From NCBI GenBank assembly GCA_965287045.1, contig OZ336871.1:126604001-126668000 (forward strand): a stretch of DNA of 64,000 nucleotides. The letters run 5' to 3'. The stretch is from Carcharhinus amblyrhynchos (lineage: Eukaryota). Positions 33,086-46,760 of this stretch are shown piece after piece. Position numbers and translations under genes: made by a program. The first letter of the stretch is position 1. Each line of letters opens with the position of its first letter. The notes under the pieces were generated by a model. That model was not told the DNA's origin, did no database searches, and was given only the letters and a program-made list of their open reading frames with translations.

Positions 33086-34269
33086 GACATTTTTCAATTG
33101 ATCTTGTTGCAATCCCAGTTGTTTGGGAACTGGATAGGAAGATCCCAGAAAAGAACACAGGCACTTCAATGCTTTTTATACAACGTGGAGAAACAAAGTC
33201 ACAGATTGTTAATTAACAACAAGAATTTTTTAAATTAAACACGGATTATGCAAGCATTAAAAACTGGATTATGATACAATACATCTTCACTTCCCACTTA
33301 CCTTAACAAATACAGATTTTAAGATTAACATTGATTGAAAAGTACATCTGAAGCTATGACAGTCTCAGTATCACAATGTCCCTTTAAACACACAAGATGG
33401 CTGTAGTCAAATACACACTGCACTCTGAATCTCATGTGAATGATTTCTCCTCAGAATCCCCCAACTGATTGTTAAGTGAGAGTTTCCAATCCCCACTCTC
33501 AAAAAGACATGCCTTAAAATCGTCTTTCACAAACATTTCCCATCAGTGGTTTGCATTCCAAAGACCAGTCCTGGCTTTCCAAATGATACTTTTAAATAAA
33601 GCTTGCGCTCCACCTTGACAGTGAATCCAGTTTCCAGATTTTACATCATTACCTTCAGGATTTGTTTTTCTTAATTGCTGTGTAGACTATTTACAATCTC
33701 TTTAACTCTTCATTTCCAGACTCAATTAAAATGGTACCAAGATTTTGATTTATCTCTGATGTCTGCTTTGCCACTTTAAATCTGGTCACTGCAATTGTCT
33801 CTTTAACTCAGAACACTTTGATTACTCTTCCTTAAACTCTTCTGAACAATACCTTGGTCTCTGTTTCTTAGCTTCGGTTATCTTAACACATTCTCTCTGT
33901 CCCAATTCTCTGGTTACCCGGCCAATAACTGGTTCCTTGGGAAGCCACAATGAAATATTGGAGGACAACAAGGGATATCCATAATCATATTCATAAAACA
34001 TATAATAGGTGATTTTGATCAAAGCAGGATGTACTTGCCATAGAAGGAGTGCAGCAGATATTCACTAGGCTAATCCTTGGATGACAGAGTAAAATGCTGC
34101 CTATACTTTCCCATTCCTGGCCTGACTAGAACAGGAGTTGTGGTGAATTTGGAGAGGATGTGTTTTGCCAGGGCCACAGGAGTTCCACTATTCACACTTC
34201 CAGATTGTAAAGGGTTAATTAGGTTTTTTTTAAGTTTCTTTGTTAGGCAAAGAACAAGGTAGGTTTAAA

Positions 34270-34385
34270 GGCAATATAATGTGGATGCTGGAATCTGAAA
34301 CAAAAACAGAAAATGCTGGAAGATCTCAACAGGTCTGACAGCATCTGTGGAGAGAGAATAGAGCCAACATTTTGAGTCTTCTCTT
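34270..34385 (-). mobile_element. Penelope-like terminal repeat fragment
   Basis: Reverse complement of the 17700-17818 family (gatgctggaatctgaaac..aaaatgctgga..ggtctgacagcatctgtggagag). Confidence 0.65.
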
Positions 34386-34724
34386 TCCACTTCATTTGGT
34401 GGAATGCAAGCTATGAGTTATAGCCATCTCAGCCATCTCCATTTTCTTTTGAGGGCTTCCAGTAATAGAAAATAGGAAACTATAGTTGGCATTTTACCAG
34501 CATGCCCCACCCAGCAAGGATCGCAGAATGGAATTCTCTGTTGGCCTCAGGTGGGATTTTGCAAACCTTGCCCAAGTGAGGTTGTAAAACCCCAGCCTGT
34601 ATCTTTTAAAAACAAAAGACATCCTTGTAACGTGTATATGGTAAAGTGGGGATGGAGAATGCAGGAGCTAGACACTAAGAAGTAAAGGGCGTGGATGAGG
34701 GCTGAGGACTATACGGTGAGACGT

Positions 34725-35006
34725 TTAAAGTTTATTTATTAGTGCCATAAATAAGCTGCCATTAACACTGCAATGAAGTTACTGTGAAAATGCCCTAGTC
34801 ACTATATTCCGGCATCTGTTCGTTGCACTGAGGGAGAATTTAGCATGGCCAATGCATGTAACCAGCACGTCTTTCAGACTGTGGGAGGAAACCAGAGGAA
34901 ACCCACACTAACATGAGGAGGCTCCACAAGGGCAGTGACCCAAGCTGGGAATTGAACCTGCGTTCCTGGTGCTGTGAGGAAGCAGCGCTAACCACTGTGC
35001 CACTGT
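34725..35006 (-). mobile_element. V-SINE, tail type B
   Basis: Head, core and tail on the minus strand. Confidence 0.88.
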
Positions 35007-35664
35007 GGAAATGATGGACAATACCTGGGGTTGTGGGGTATGACATCCAAATGGGCCGTTTCCATTTTCATGATGAACAGTACGCAGGAGCTCCTCACTT
35101 GGCATTAACACAGTGGAAAGCAATATTGCTTTCCTGAAAACATCTTTTTTACCTTGCTGTCGAGGGGAAAGAGTTAATTGCTGAAATTGGACATTTTACA
35201 CTTCGGGACCTCATTACATGAGGAAGAATGATCATTGTCAGGGTTAGAACGGAACGGATGTGCTTTGTTGCTATTTATCATGGAAAAGCTCACTTGAGAC
35301 AAGGAGCTGCCAGATCGTTTTATAGGCACTGACAGCAGAATTAACCTCAGGAGTTAAAGCATCAGTGAATTATTGCACTTCAGAATGCAATTACCCTAGC
35401 TTGGTTTTGGCCAGTCAGAAGTAACATTAACAATCAATTCTTTGTTCACATAAAGGTTTTAATTATTTAAACTCTTGAAATTGCAAAGATTTTCCAATGC
35501 AAAGACCTAACATCAAGCTTATGCACAAATGTCAATCATTCAATACTCCAAGTTTGCTTTGTACAAATGTGTCCCCAAAGCCGCATAGGCCCTCCGTGTC
35601 AGTCCCTTCAAATTACCATGTGTGCAGAGCTTTGCGAAACAATTTAAAGGACTATGCCCTGAGA

Positions 35665-35878
35665 GCAGTCACTTCCCTACTGCCATCAGACTTTTGAATG
35701 GACCTACCTCACACTAAGTTGATCTTTCTCTACACCCTAGCTATGACTGTAACACTACATTCTGCACCCACTTCTTTCCTTCTCTATGTACGGTATGCTT
35801 TGTCTGTGAAGCGCGCAAGAAATAATACATTTCACTGTATACCAATACATGTGACAATTATAATTAATCAAATCAAAT
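35665..35878 (+). mobile_element. Rex1/Babar-type LINE 3'UTR
   Basis: ctgccatcagacttttgaatggacctacc..catgtgacaat..atcaaatcaaat. Confidence 0.85.
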
Positions 35879-36409
35879 TACGTACTCAAAAACTAATGTT
35901 GCAGGGAATGTTGCTGGATTCATCAAGCAAAAATGACTTGATCACAAGTTTCAGCATTAACACATACTGGCGGATAAATTAGATCCTGCTCGTGTCAGAC
36001 ACAATCCCAGTGTGGCGCATATTGCTTGAGCCTAAAGAAGCCCACGGCATGTTGGTAGATCTCTGGCCTCACCTGCTGATTATATGATGATTTTATTAGT
36101 TATTGGTCCAGGAAGCATGGAAGCCTGTCAACTCTGATGTCAACCGAGACGATAAGCAGAATCCAAGTTCGTCTGTTAAGGAAGTCTGCAAGTGCGCCAA
36201 TCAATATACAATTCAGGACAATGCAGAGGGAATGAAAGAAGCTGAAGTGCAGCAAGAGGAAGTCCGTGAAAAGTTAATAAAAATGACCATGAATGCTGCT
36301 GCTGCAGATTGTTGTTAAAAAGCCAGTCGATTCACCAGCGTCATTCAGGGAATGCAGCTTGCCCCCCATTTCTGTTCCATATGGTTACCTCTTAATGCCT
36401 TCTGTAGTC

Positions 36410-36695
36410 ATGTAGCAGTTACGAGGGGGCATAACTGTAAGTTTTATGGTGGGAGATATAGGAGGAATGTCCGAGGTAGATTCTTCACTCAGAGAGTGGT
36501 TGGGGTGTGGAATAGACTGCCTGCTTTGATAGTGGAGTCAGACACTTTAGGAGCTTTCAAGCGGTTATTGGATAGGCACATGGAGCACTCCAGAATTATA
36601 GGGAGGGGGTAGTTTGATCTTGGGATTGGACATAGCTCGGTACAACATTGAGGACTGAAGGGCCTGTACTGTGCTGTAATGTTCTATGTTCTATA
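36410..36695 (+). mobile_element. CR1 3' end (second subfamily)
   Basis: TRGHNCKFYGGRYRRNVRGRFFTQRVVGVWNRLP; (GTTCTAT)n tail. Confidence 0.88.
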
Positions 36696-38134
36696 CAGAC
36701 AAACTTTACCATCAGTTTCTTCAGGATACTAGGAAAGATGGTCTAGAATGCAATGCCTGGGAAGGTGGGAGAGAAGAGTTGCCTCACGTCCCTTGAAAAG
36801 TACCCAGATGAACTCTTGGCACATTATAACATTCAAGGCTATGGGCCAAGTGCTGATAGGATATACTGCTGTTACTGGGCATCAGGGTCATTAATTGTGT
36901 AGGGAGTGGATGTTTGTAGCTGTAGTGCCAATCAAGCCAGCTGCTTTGTCCTGAATGGTATCAAGCTTTTTGAGTGTTGCTGGAGCTGCACCCATCCAGG
37001 CAAGTGGAGAGTATTCCACCGCACTCCTGACTTGAATGGCCTACTGCTGTTTCTACTTTCTATGTTTCTATGTTACAGCCTGAAACACGTTTGTGGTTTG
37101 GTCATATGAAGATAGGCCCATTTCAAAATGGAAGCCACAAGAACGGAGGTACAAAGAAGGTAGTGACTAGTCCATGACCATTTGAACTACAATGATTCCC
37201 TTATGTCCATCTACTGGGGCAAGTTGAATTCAGCCATAATGGAGCTGAACCAAACTTTCTTTTCATCTGTACTTTCTTCTGACTTCTCAGCAAAAAATGG
37301 CAAGGTTCAGAGATAGTCAGCAGCCTGTCTATTTCATTCTTCAATAAAAACTTATGATCCTTGCATCACAAGATCTATTGTCTCTGGAATGGCTCCAGAG
37401 CTTCTGTCTCTGTCCACAAGACTATTCCACACATTAATCATTCTCTCTGTAAAGAAGTGGTTCCTGACAACAGTCCTTTCATTTCCTTCTTCATCTGCTT
37501 GTGCTATATGTCCTTGTACATCATTGCAGTTTAACTTGAAATAGTAGTTTCAATTAACTTCCTCCATTTCAGTTAGAATCAGGCCTGGTTATGAAGAGAG
37601 TGTTTTGTTTAATGCGCTCATGGGGTGCGGTCATCACTGGCAAGGCCTGCATTTATTGCCCATCCCTAATCACTGTTGAGAAAGTGGTGGTGGGCTGCCT
37701 TCTTTTATGTACCTTTCTTCCGCGTGTCCAAATGATACTGCGCCCTGTTTCCCATCTCTCTGCGATGATGACAACATTTGGTATCTAACAATGAGAATGA
37801 CAACCAAATGAGAGGTAATGCAATAGCCGAAAATCCAGAAGGGAAAAAAAAATTGCTGGAAGTTCTCAGTAGATCATTCTGTACCTGAGCAGGAAACAGG
37901 GAAGTAAATGTACTGGGTGTTAGTCCTATTCCAATACACAATTGAGAATGTAAGGAATTTGGCAGACAGGCACTCCTTGTTTGGGCTATAAGAAGGTTTG
38001 GTAAAACAAAACAGCTTAGTAGTTTTATTGGATATATAGATTTATAAATATCCCCCTGTCTAGTTTTCAACCCAAGTCATTAACTGTTTAGATGTACTCC
38101 CAGAGGTTTCTTAAGTTGAATGAATGACTTCTAT

Positions 38135-38420
38135 AGAATCCCTACTAGACCATTTGGCCCACTGAGTCTACACCAACAACAATCGCACCCAGGCCCTGTA
38201 ATCCCACATATTTACCCTGCTAACCCCCTGATGCTAAGAAGCAATTTAGCATGGCCAATCAACCTAACCAGCACATCGTTGGAGTGTGGAAGGGAACCAG
38301 AGCACCTGGAGGAAACCCACAAGGCAAACTCCACACAGACAATGGGCTAAGATGGAATTGAACATAGATCCCTGGCGCTGTGAGCCAGTAGTGCTAACCA
38401 CTGTGCCACTATACCGCCCT
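38135..38420 (-). mobile_element. V-SINE (HE1-like, CR1-type tail)
   Basis: Head, core and tail on the minus strand. Confidence 0.85.
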
Positions 38421-38739
38421 TCATTTACAAGATTGCTTCATTTGCTGCATGCGTTGAGCTAGTCCACAGTGCACTCTATCTAACGAGGAAATCTCCCCTC
38501 AGAGAGATTCCCCACACGAGGTACTAATTGGTTGTTCAGACCTCGTGACCCTTACTCAATAAAGTCGGTCTTTTTGTCATGACAGTCGCCACATTGTCAG
38601 CGATGCCCACATCACATGATTGAATAATAACATCAATGAGCCACAAGACTGGAGAATTCAAGGGTTTAAAATTATAAATCATACAGAAAAATAAAATATG
38701 TATGTAAATGATTGTAAACTAATACACGGGTACAAAAGA

Positions 38740-39345
38740 TATTCAAAGAGTGAAATGGGACATTGGTCTTTATCATAAGGGGGGGGAGGTGCATTATCAG
38801 AGTGAGTGGTGATGCTACAGGTAACCTTGGCCAGACAAAATCTGAAGTCCTATGTTCAGTTTTTGACACCACACCTCACAAAGAATATATTAGCTTTGGG
38901 AAACTGGGGAGTGGGGTGTTGTTGGAGGGTTGGAGGGTGCAGTGCAGATTACAATAATGATACAAGGGCTTCTAAGATTACATAATGAGGACAGGTTACA
39001 TAAACTAAAGGTTAAAGTTTATTTATTAGTCACAAGTAAGGCTTACATTAACATTGCAATGAAATTACTTTTAAATTCCCCTAGTTGCCACACTCTCGTG
39101 CCTGTTCAGGTCAATGCATCTAACCAGCATTATTTTCAGACTGTGGGAGGAAACTGGAGCACCTGGAGTAAACTCATGCAGACACAGAGGAAGGAAATAC
39201 AGACTCCACACAGACAGTGACCCAAGCCAGGAATCAAACCTGGGTCCCTGGCGCTGTGAGGCAGCAGTGCTAACCACTGTACCACCGTGTTGCCCCGGCA
39301 CACTACAAACTTAGTTTGTATTAACTTCAGTTTAGTAGAGTTGAT
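38740..39345 (+). mobile_element. Old CR1 fragment with a nested V-SINE
   Basis: Degenerate EGVQCR..MIQGL..HNEDRLHKL segment. Confidence 0.6.
39010..39295 (-). mobile_element. V-SINE, tail type B
   Basis: Head, core and tail on the minus strand. Confidence 0.9.
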
Positions 39346-39574
39346 TATTTTTTTCAGTGATGGGATGTGGATATTATTGGCAAGGCCAGTATTAATTTCC
39401 CATCATTAACTGCAAAGGCAGATAATTGAGATTCAGACCAGCCTTCATTTAACTGAATGGTGGAACGTGCTTGAGGTGTCAATACATTATTTCTCTTCCT
39501 ATGTTCCCATAAACTAAAATTTGGGAAGCTGTTACAATTCATTGATCTCTGCTTTGTTCAAGACATCTTGCCTC

Positions 39575-40475
39575 AGATAATATAGATTCAAGTCCATGTT
39601 ACCTCAGCTGCACTTCAGTGCAGTAATGAGGAAGTGCTACTATGTCAGATGTGGGATCTTTCAAATGAGGTAGTAACCTTTTTTGAATTTTTTCGTAAAA
39701 CCTAGGTATCACTCACTGGTCCAGGATTTATTATCCATCCTTCATTGCCCTTGAGAAGAGGTGACAGGCCAACTTCTTGAACCATTGCAGTCCATGAGGT
39801 TAAGATGCACCAACAGTGCTGTTGGGAAGGGAGTTCCAGGATTTTGACCCTGTGACAGTGAAAGGATGGTGATATATCTCCCAGTCAAGGGGGTGCATGG
39901 CTTGGAGGGGAACTTGCAGGTCGATGGTGGTGTTCCCATGCAATTGCTGCCCTTTTCCTTCTGGGTGGTACAATTCATGGATTTGGAAGGTGTTGTCAAC
40001 GAGCCTTGGTGAGTTGTTGAAATGCATTTTCTAGATGGTACACAACTGCAGTTACTTTGCATCAACAATGGACAGTGTGAATGTTGGAGGTGGAAGTGAA
40101 GTGTTGTTTATTACACTGAATGTTAAAAACTGCCTTAGAAGAGCAGGGAGTCCTCCAGGTGACCTGATCAATATGCACCCTCAACTAAACAGTTGAGGCA
40201 CACAAAACAGTCACATTACTGACTATCGCAACAAACATTTATCATTTGTAAGTTTTTTGGCATCTGAGTGCATTTAAGAGCCATCTGGATCTGGAGTCAC
40301 ATGTAGGTTAGACCGGGTAAGGACAGTGTTTGACCTTGCTGTGCACAAAAATTGGATGTTGCATTTGCCAACAGTGTGTGACTGCACATCAGAAGTAATT
40401 CATTGGCTGTGAAATGTTTTTAAACATCCTGACGTCAAGCATATTATGAAGTGTTACATTTATGCAAGTCCTTTC
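39575..40475 (+). mobile_element. DeuSINE (SacSINE1-like) split by a LINE family X fragment (39710-40095, minus)
   Basis: cagtgcagtaatgaggaagtgct..tgtcaga..ctttcaaatgag, later gaagagcaggg..cctcaac and cttgctgtgcacaaa..ttcattggctgt..atgcaagtcctttc. Confidence 0.65.
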
Positions 40476-40750
40476 CTCCTAACTAAGTATCAAAGAACTG
40501 GGGATATCATTGACAGGAGAGGTTAAGAAGAATCTTTCTCTCCTTCCCCTCCAGTGATTTCAATGTATTAAATCATCATCACCAACCAAAGTGAATGTGG
40601 AATTTGTGTCAGAGAGAACCAAATCATTTCCAAAACATGAAACAAATAGAGCTCAGGCAGGAATTCGGATGTGAACACACTACAAGAGTCAGGCTAGTTA
40701 TTCTTTGAAGTGCAGTTTTTAAGGCTAACTTGCATCCTCATGCTCCTTTA

Positions 40751-41050
40751 GGGGCAGCATGTTGACACAGTGGGTAGCACTGCTGCCTCACAGCGCCAGG
40801 AACCCAGGTTCGATTCCTGGCTTGGATCACTGTCTGTGCCAAGTCTGCACATTCTCCCTGTGTCTGTGTGGTTTTCCCCTGGGTGCTCTGGTTCCCTTCC
40901 ACAGTCCAAAGGGCATGCTAGTTAGATGCAAATTGTCCCTCTGTGTATTCAAACAGATGCCAGACTGTGGCAATTAGGGGATTTTCACAGTAACTTCATT
41001 GCAGTGTTAATGTAAGCCGACTTCTGTCACTAATAAATAAACTTTAAACT
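40751..41050 (+). mobile_element. V-SINE, tail type B
   Basis: Full length; B box GGTTCGATTCC. Confidence 0.9.
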
Positions 41051-41819
41051 ATAACCCAGAAAATGGCAAGATACTTAACTTACAGATTTTGAACTACCAC
41101 CATTTTCCTGCCTACTGCAAGAACCAGTGTGAAATTTCCAAAGTGTCTGCCAAGTATTGACGCAGGAATTAGTATGTCTAGTCTTTTTTTAATTTTTCTT
41201 TCTGCATAAATTATCAGAAAATCTGAATCACCAGTTTCTGAAGATGTTTCCATAGTATGGTCAATACCTTTTACAAATTATAGACCACTCACAATGCTGT
41301 GAAGATAATGTATAAGTTTTGTATGCAAAACTGTCCTCCTTCAAGGTTAAAGGTGCTCGTCGTACAACAAAAGTGCTTCCTGCAGCTGCTGTACAAGAGC
41401 CAGCAGTGTGCTGTGAGGTGAAATGCTAACTAATACTGAAAGTGGTTCCGAAAAGTAAAGACACTGTTCTACACCGACCTTTGTCAGCACTTTTCAAGGC
41501 AAATTAGCTTCACAATAGGTACATTCTTTTTTTGCCAAATTTCCCTACCTGAGCACTTGATGCTAAATAATCCTTATGTGCACAATTTAACTTGGATATC
41601 TAATATATCAAGCAGTTGCTACATCAGAAAACACTGTGTGAATCCAGTTACCATGTAGACGGTCAATTTCTATCATGTGGTACACAGCGGTTCTCAAATA
41701 ACCTACTGATGAACATTTATTTTGAGTTGTGATGACACTCAGATGCCTATCACCCTAACTTGTCATAACTTGCTTTCTTTGTCTTATGATGAGATACCAA
41801 TGCTCAAAGTTTACATATG

Positions 41820-42087
41820 AGTCACAAGTAGGCTTACGTTAATACTGCAATGAAGTTACTGTGAAAATCCTTTTGTCACCATGTTCTGGCACCTGTTCAG
41901 GTACACTGAGGGAGAATTTAACATGGCCAATACGCCTAACCAGCTCATCTTTTGAATTTTGAGAGGAAACTGGAGCACCCAGAGGAAACCCACATAAACA
42001 CAGGGAGAACATGAGAACTCCATACAGACAGTGATTCAAGCTGGGTCCCTGGTACTGTGAGGCAGCAGTGATGACCACTGTGCCATC
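41820..42087 (-). mobile_element. V-SINE, tail type B
   Basis: Head, core and tail on the minus strand. Confidence 0.85.
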
Positions 42088-42099
42088 TTCAGTACCCCA

Positions 42100-42385
42100 G
42101 GACACTGTCAATGATTGAGTAGCCAGCCTGACTCGATAAACTCTACACCATCCAAGACAAAGCAGCCCCACTTTATTAACACCCCATTTACCATTTCAAC
42201 ACTCACCCCCTCCACCACCAGCACACCGTGACAGCAGTGTGTACCATATACAAGATGCACTGCAGAAACCTACCAAAGCTTCTTCAACAGCACCTTCCAA
42301 ACCCATGGCCTCTATCACCAAGAAGGATAAAGGCAGCAAGTGCGAGTGAACACCACCAAGCCACACAGTACCCTGACATTTTTCA
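42100..42385 (+). mobile_element. LINE family X fragment
   Basis: caagacaaagcagcc..cagcagtgtgtaccat..caagatgcactgcag..cagcaccttccaaaccc. Confidence 0.7.
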
Positions 42386-42645
42386 ACTATAAAGAATATA
42401 TTAATGCACACACTTAATAAATATGTTACAGAAAGAATATGAACTCATGTTTCTCATCTCTGCATGTAAAGTTGGGCCAACTGCATTAGTATTATATGTT
42501 ACATACCTTTTAAAGTTAAAGTAACACCAAACATACATACACACAAGGTAATTGGAATCAGCTTTATGATTAACAAATATCTGCTGCACTTAACCGAGTG
42601 AGCAGGTTGATACATAATGTAGTTGAAGATGGGTCTCGTAATACA

Positions 42646-43127
42646 TACGACTCTCACCAACTTTTACAGATGCATCATAGAAAGCATCCTTCCAAGAAGT
42701 ATCACAGTTTGGTGTGGTTTTTGCTCTGCCCAAGACCACAAGAAAAGGTCATGAATGTAGCTCAATCCATCACAAATCAGCTCTCCAGCCGTTGACTCTT
42801 TCTACACTTCCAGCTGCCTCAGGAATAGCAGCCAGCATAATCATGGATCCCATATGCCCCAGATATACTCTTCTGTCAGGAAAAAGATACAAACATCAGG
42901 GATCACGTCCCAACCGACTCAAAAACAGCTTCTGCCCTGCTGCCATCAGGCTTTTGAATGGAGCTACCTAGTATAAGTTGGGTTTTTTTCTACACCCTAG
43001 CTATAACTGTAACACTACATTCTGCAGCCTCTCCTTTCCTTCTCAATGAATGGAACGTTTTGTCTGTATAGCGCGCAAGAAACAATACTTTTCACTGTAC
43101 TAATACTGTATCAATAATAAATCAAAA
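42646..43127 (+). mobile_element. Rex1/Babar-type LINE 3' fragment
   Basis: tacgactctcaccaacttttacagatgc...; RLKNSFCPAAIRLLNG; aataataaatcaaa tail. Confidence 0.88.
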
Positions 43128-44489
43128 GCATAGAACATTAAACACTGCCATTTTATAGGCTTGTGAATGATCTGGGAAAATTGCTTAAAATAGAGAAAAT
43201 AGTAGGGAATTGAGGCTAATTGTGGTGGGAAACCAGCTCTGTCACGGCAGGCCAAATGGCCTCCGTCAACAATCCGGTGGAGCATTTATAATTTCAGCAC
43301 CGTGGACAGCGACTCTCCCGCATCTCCACCTCCTGCGAAAACACTATTTCAACATCAGAGCCCGAGATACGGAGTAAAGCCATGTGACTGGCAAATTTGC
43401 ATTTTAATATGGTAAGATGTGAATGAAAAGGGTCGCTGACACTGAAGCATGGTTATTAACAGCTCCGGCAGCATTGTAATTCAGGGTGTATAAGTGCTGA
43501 ATACATGCCCTCAACTTATTCAGCAGGGCTTCACTGCCACTTACAATTACAAAGGACAAGAGCGAGAGTCACTTCAACAGCAGAAAGGCATGACCCGAGA
43601 ACCGCAGCTCATTTCACATTGCATTTATTCAATACAGCAATGTCCCATAATTTCCCAGAGCATTGTTAGTTGTATTTTTTCATACAGTCACACCTTCATT
43701 GTGTGCCCAGATGCTGGCATTGGCAGCTTGTCACATCTATTGATTGCTCGGGAGCTGCAATTTACATGAATTTTCTTTGACTTTCTCCCACCCTCAATCT
43801 GCTGATGTCCCTTGGAAGAGCCGCCGGTTCCCGACAGCTGAGACACCTCGCAGCATGACTGGACTCGGGGGTGGGGGAAGATGCAAAACAGCACCGGCAG
43901 CACCAAAGGAGGGAGGTTGCTGTCAGAACAACAACTCCACGCGTAGAGAGATTCCATAATCTCAAATGTCTTCTGTGTCACAGCGATCTCTTTCGATTGC
44001 TTGTGTGAGGAGAGAGCTGCCCAAGGTCGCTACAGAGGTCAAGAAAATTCCGTCCTCTTCACATTTTGCCATAAATAGTGGGATTTAAAATTGATTTTCT
44101 TTTTCCAAATAGGAGACAGCCTGGTTCCCTGATTTAAACTAGATCAGGCTACATGATCAATTCCAGTGTAAAGCTGTGGAAGGGATAGGCAACAATTTTC
44201 AGCCATCAATGCTCTGTTGGCCCTGTTAATTCAAGCACATTGTTTAATTAACACTGATTAGTGTATAATTCCAGGACTGCTCCTGCAGAATTGCCAATCA
44301 GGTGCTATTATGAAACCAAGGCCGACCATGCAATTAGTGATCAACGGTGCAAGACTCGTAAGCAAAGCAAGTGGCCCACATAAAACATCCAGCGACATAG
44401 TGCCGAGTAAAATGGTGCAGTGCCTTAAAGATGGATATGTTCTTGTAACCGGTCCCTCTATTTTTTTTGGCATTTCAGTAAGCAACTAT

Positions 44490-44882
44490 TTGTTTTATTA
44501 TTCGTGGGACATCACTGGTTAAGCCAGCATTTATTGCCCATCCCTAGTTGTCCTTGAGAAGGTGGTGGTGAGGTGCCTTCTTGAGTGGCTGCAGTCCATA
44601 TTCTGTGGGTTGACCCACAATGCCATCAGGGAGGGAATTCCAGGATTTTGACCCAGCGACTGTGAAGGAACAGCGATATATTTCCAAGTCAGGATGGTGA
44701 GTGACTTGGAGGGGAACTTGCAAGTGATGGTGTTCCTATGTATCTGCTGCCTTTGTACTAGATGGGGGTGGTTGTGGGTTTGGAAGGTGCTGTCTAAGGA
44801 TCTTTGGTGAATTGCTGCAGTGCATCTTGTAATAGTACACACTGCTGCTATTGAGTCTTGGTGGTTGAAGGAGTGGATGACT
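44490..44882 (-). mobile_element. LINE family X 3' end
   Basis: Minus translation TCKFPSKSLTILTWKYIAVPS; tail shared with SINE family 2. Confidence 0.8.
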
Positions 44883-45479
44883 TTCAGCTGCCTAATGCCA
44901 GGAAGATGTCCAAGAGTTAATATGATTGGACATCTATTAGTGTAATGATGATGTGATACTGGTGGGTGCCATGTCCTATATGAACACAAGAATTTTCCCT
45001 GCCTCTCACCCCTGTTCTTTTCTGAATCTTATTACTCAAAACAATTGTAAATTTTGCCTTTTTACCTGTTGCCAACATTCTGCAGGGAGAAAATGGGAGC
45101 ATGAAGGGAATCCGTGAGGTGGTACCATCTTCTCTTGTCGCTCACAAACATCTGTCACTGCAGTTTATTCTTATTTCCATTTAAAACAAAATCAAAGCAC
45201 TGCTCAGCAAGCAGGAGCTGCTGCAACTAGCCTCAACATCTCTGCCATGATTCCCACTCACTATCACTAGTTAACCTCCTACAAGATGTTCATGTGAGCA
45301 TTGGGCATCGATAGGATCAGATTCAGCCTCCATGGAGGTGAGTAGCTTCCTCACATTCACTTATTTATTGATATTAAGAAGCCAAGGTGTAAGCCCACAG
45401 TGCAGGGACACAATCAACTTTGGGAGTACTAGGAGACACGAGCTCAATCAAAATTACTGACCAAACTTAAATGACTGTA

Positions 45480-45795
45480 TAATCATGGAATCCCTACAGT
45501 GTGGAAGCAGGCCATTCAGCCCACTGAGTCTGCACCGACCCTCTGACAGAGGATGTGATCCAGGCTCTCTCCCCATAACCCTGCACATTTGACATGGCTA
45601 ATACAACTAACCTAACATCCTTTGACACTAAAGGACAATTTAGCATGGCCAATCCACCTAGCCTATATATCTTTGGACTGTGAGAGGAAACCAAAACACC
45701 CAGAGGAAATCCAATCAGATAGTCACCCAAGGCTGGAATTGAACCCAGGTCCCTGGCACTGTGAAGCAGCAGTGCTAACCACTGTGCCATCATGC
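45480..45795 (-). mobile_element. V-SINE (HE1-like, CR1-type tail)
   Basis: Head, core and tail on the minus strand. Confidence 0.88.
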
Positions 45796-45989
45796 TATGC
45801 ATTCAACAATGTTGAAGTTAGGGGAAAAATGAGAGGATTGAAGAAATCAACACGTTTGAACTCCTGAGAAAGAATGAGTTGGAATAGAAAATGGTGCAAC
45901 GAATGATTATCTCAATGCTGGGAAGATACAAAGAATCACAAGAATATACAGGATAATACCTTAGAAATTCAAGAGGAGGAAGCTCAGAG

Positions 45990-46760
45990 TAAGGGAACCA
46001 GAGGGTTGTTGGGTGCATATCCATACATCCATAAAGGCAGTAGGACAGGTAGATAAGGTGGTTAAGGAGGTATGTGAAATGCTTGCCTTTATAAGCCAAG
46101 AAATGAAATACAAGAGCAGGGAGGTTATGATGGAGCTGTAGCACCGTGGTTAACATTGCTGCCTCATAGTGACAAGGATCTGGGTTTGATTCCTGGCTTG
46201 GGTCATTGTGTGTGAAGCCTGCACGTTCTCCCTGTGTCTGCTTGGGTTTCCTCCGAGTGCTCCGGTTTCCTCCTACAGTCAGAAAGATGTACTGGTTAGG
46301 TGAATCGTCCATGCTAAATTCCCCCTCAGTGTACTCAAACAGGCAACCAAGGAATTTTCACAGTAACTTCATTGCACTGTTAATGTAAACCTATTTGTGA
46401 CGCTAATAAATAAACTTAGACTGAAACTAAAACATTCATTAGACCACAATTAGAGTACTGTGTGCAATTCTGGTCACCACCTTACTATAGTAAGGATGTG
46501 ATTGCACTAGAAAGGGTGGAGAGGAAATTGATCAGAATGTTAGCCTGGGCTGTAATGTTTCAGCTGTGAAGAGAGGCCGTATAGGCTGGGTTTGTTCTCC
46601 TTAGGGCTGAGGGGGGACCTGACTGACATGTACAAAATTTATGAGGGACATAGACAGAGTAAATAGGGAGGAACTTTTCACCTTAATAAAGGGGTCAATA
46701 ACCAAGGGGGCAAAGATTTGAGGTGAGAGGAAGGAGATTTAGAAGGGATTTGAGGGAAAA
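45990..46760 (+). mobile_element. CR1 fragment with a nested V-SINE (46140-46420, plus, tail B)
   Basis: MLAFISQEMKYKSREVMMELY, RPQLEYCVQFWSP and RGDL motifs. Confidence 0.8.

Noticed and set aside
33090-33940. Possible solo LTR (also 815-1100 and 54890-55506)
   Set aside because: The composition feels LTR-like, but I found no second copy, clear TG..CA boundaries with TSD, PBS or PPT.
36103-36318. Charged 71-aa ORF as an exon
   Set aside because: No recognisable homology or donor site, and its 3' end runs into an old SINE family 2 core.
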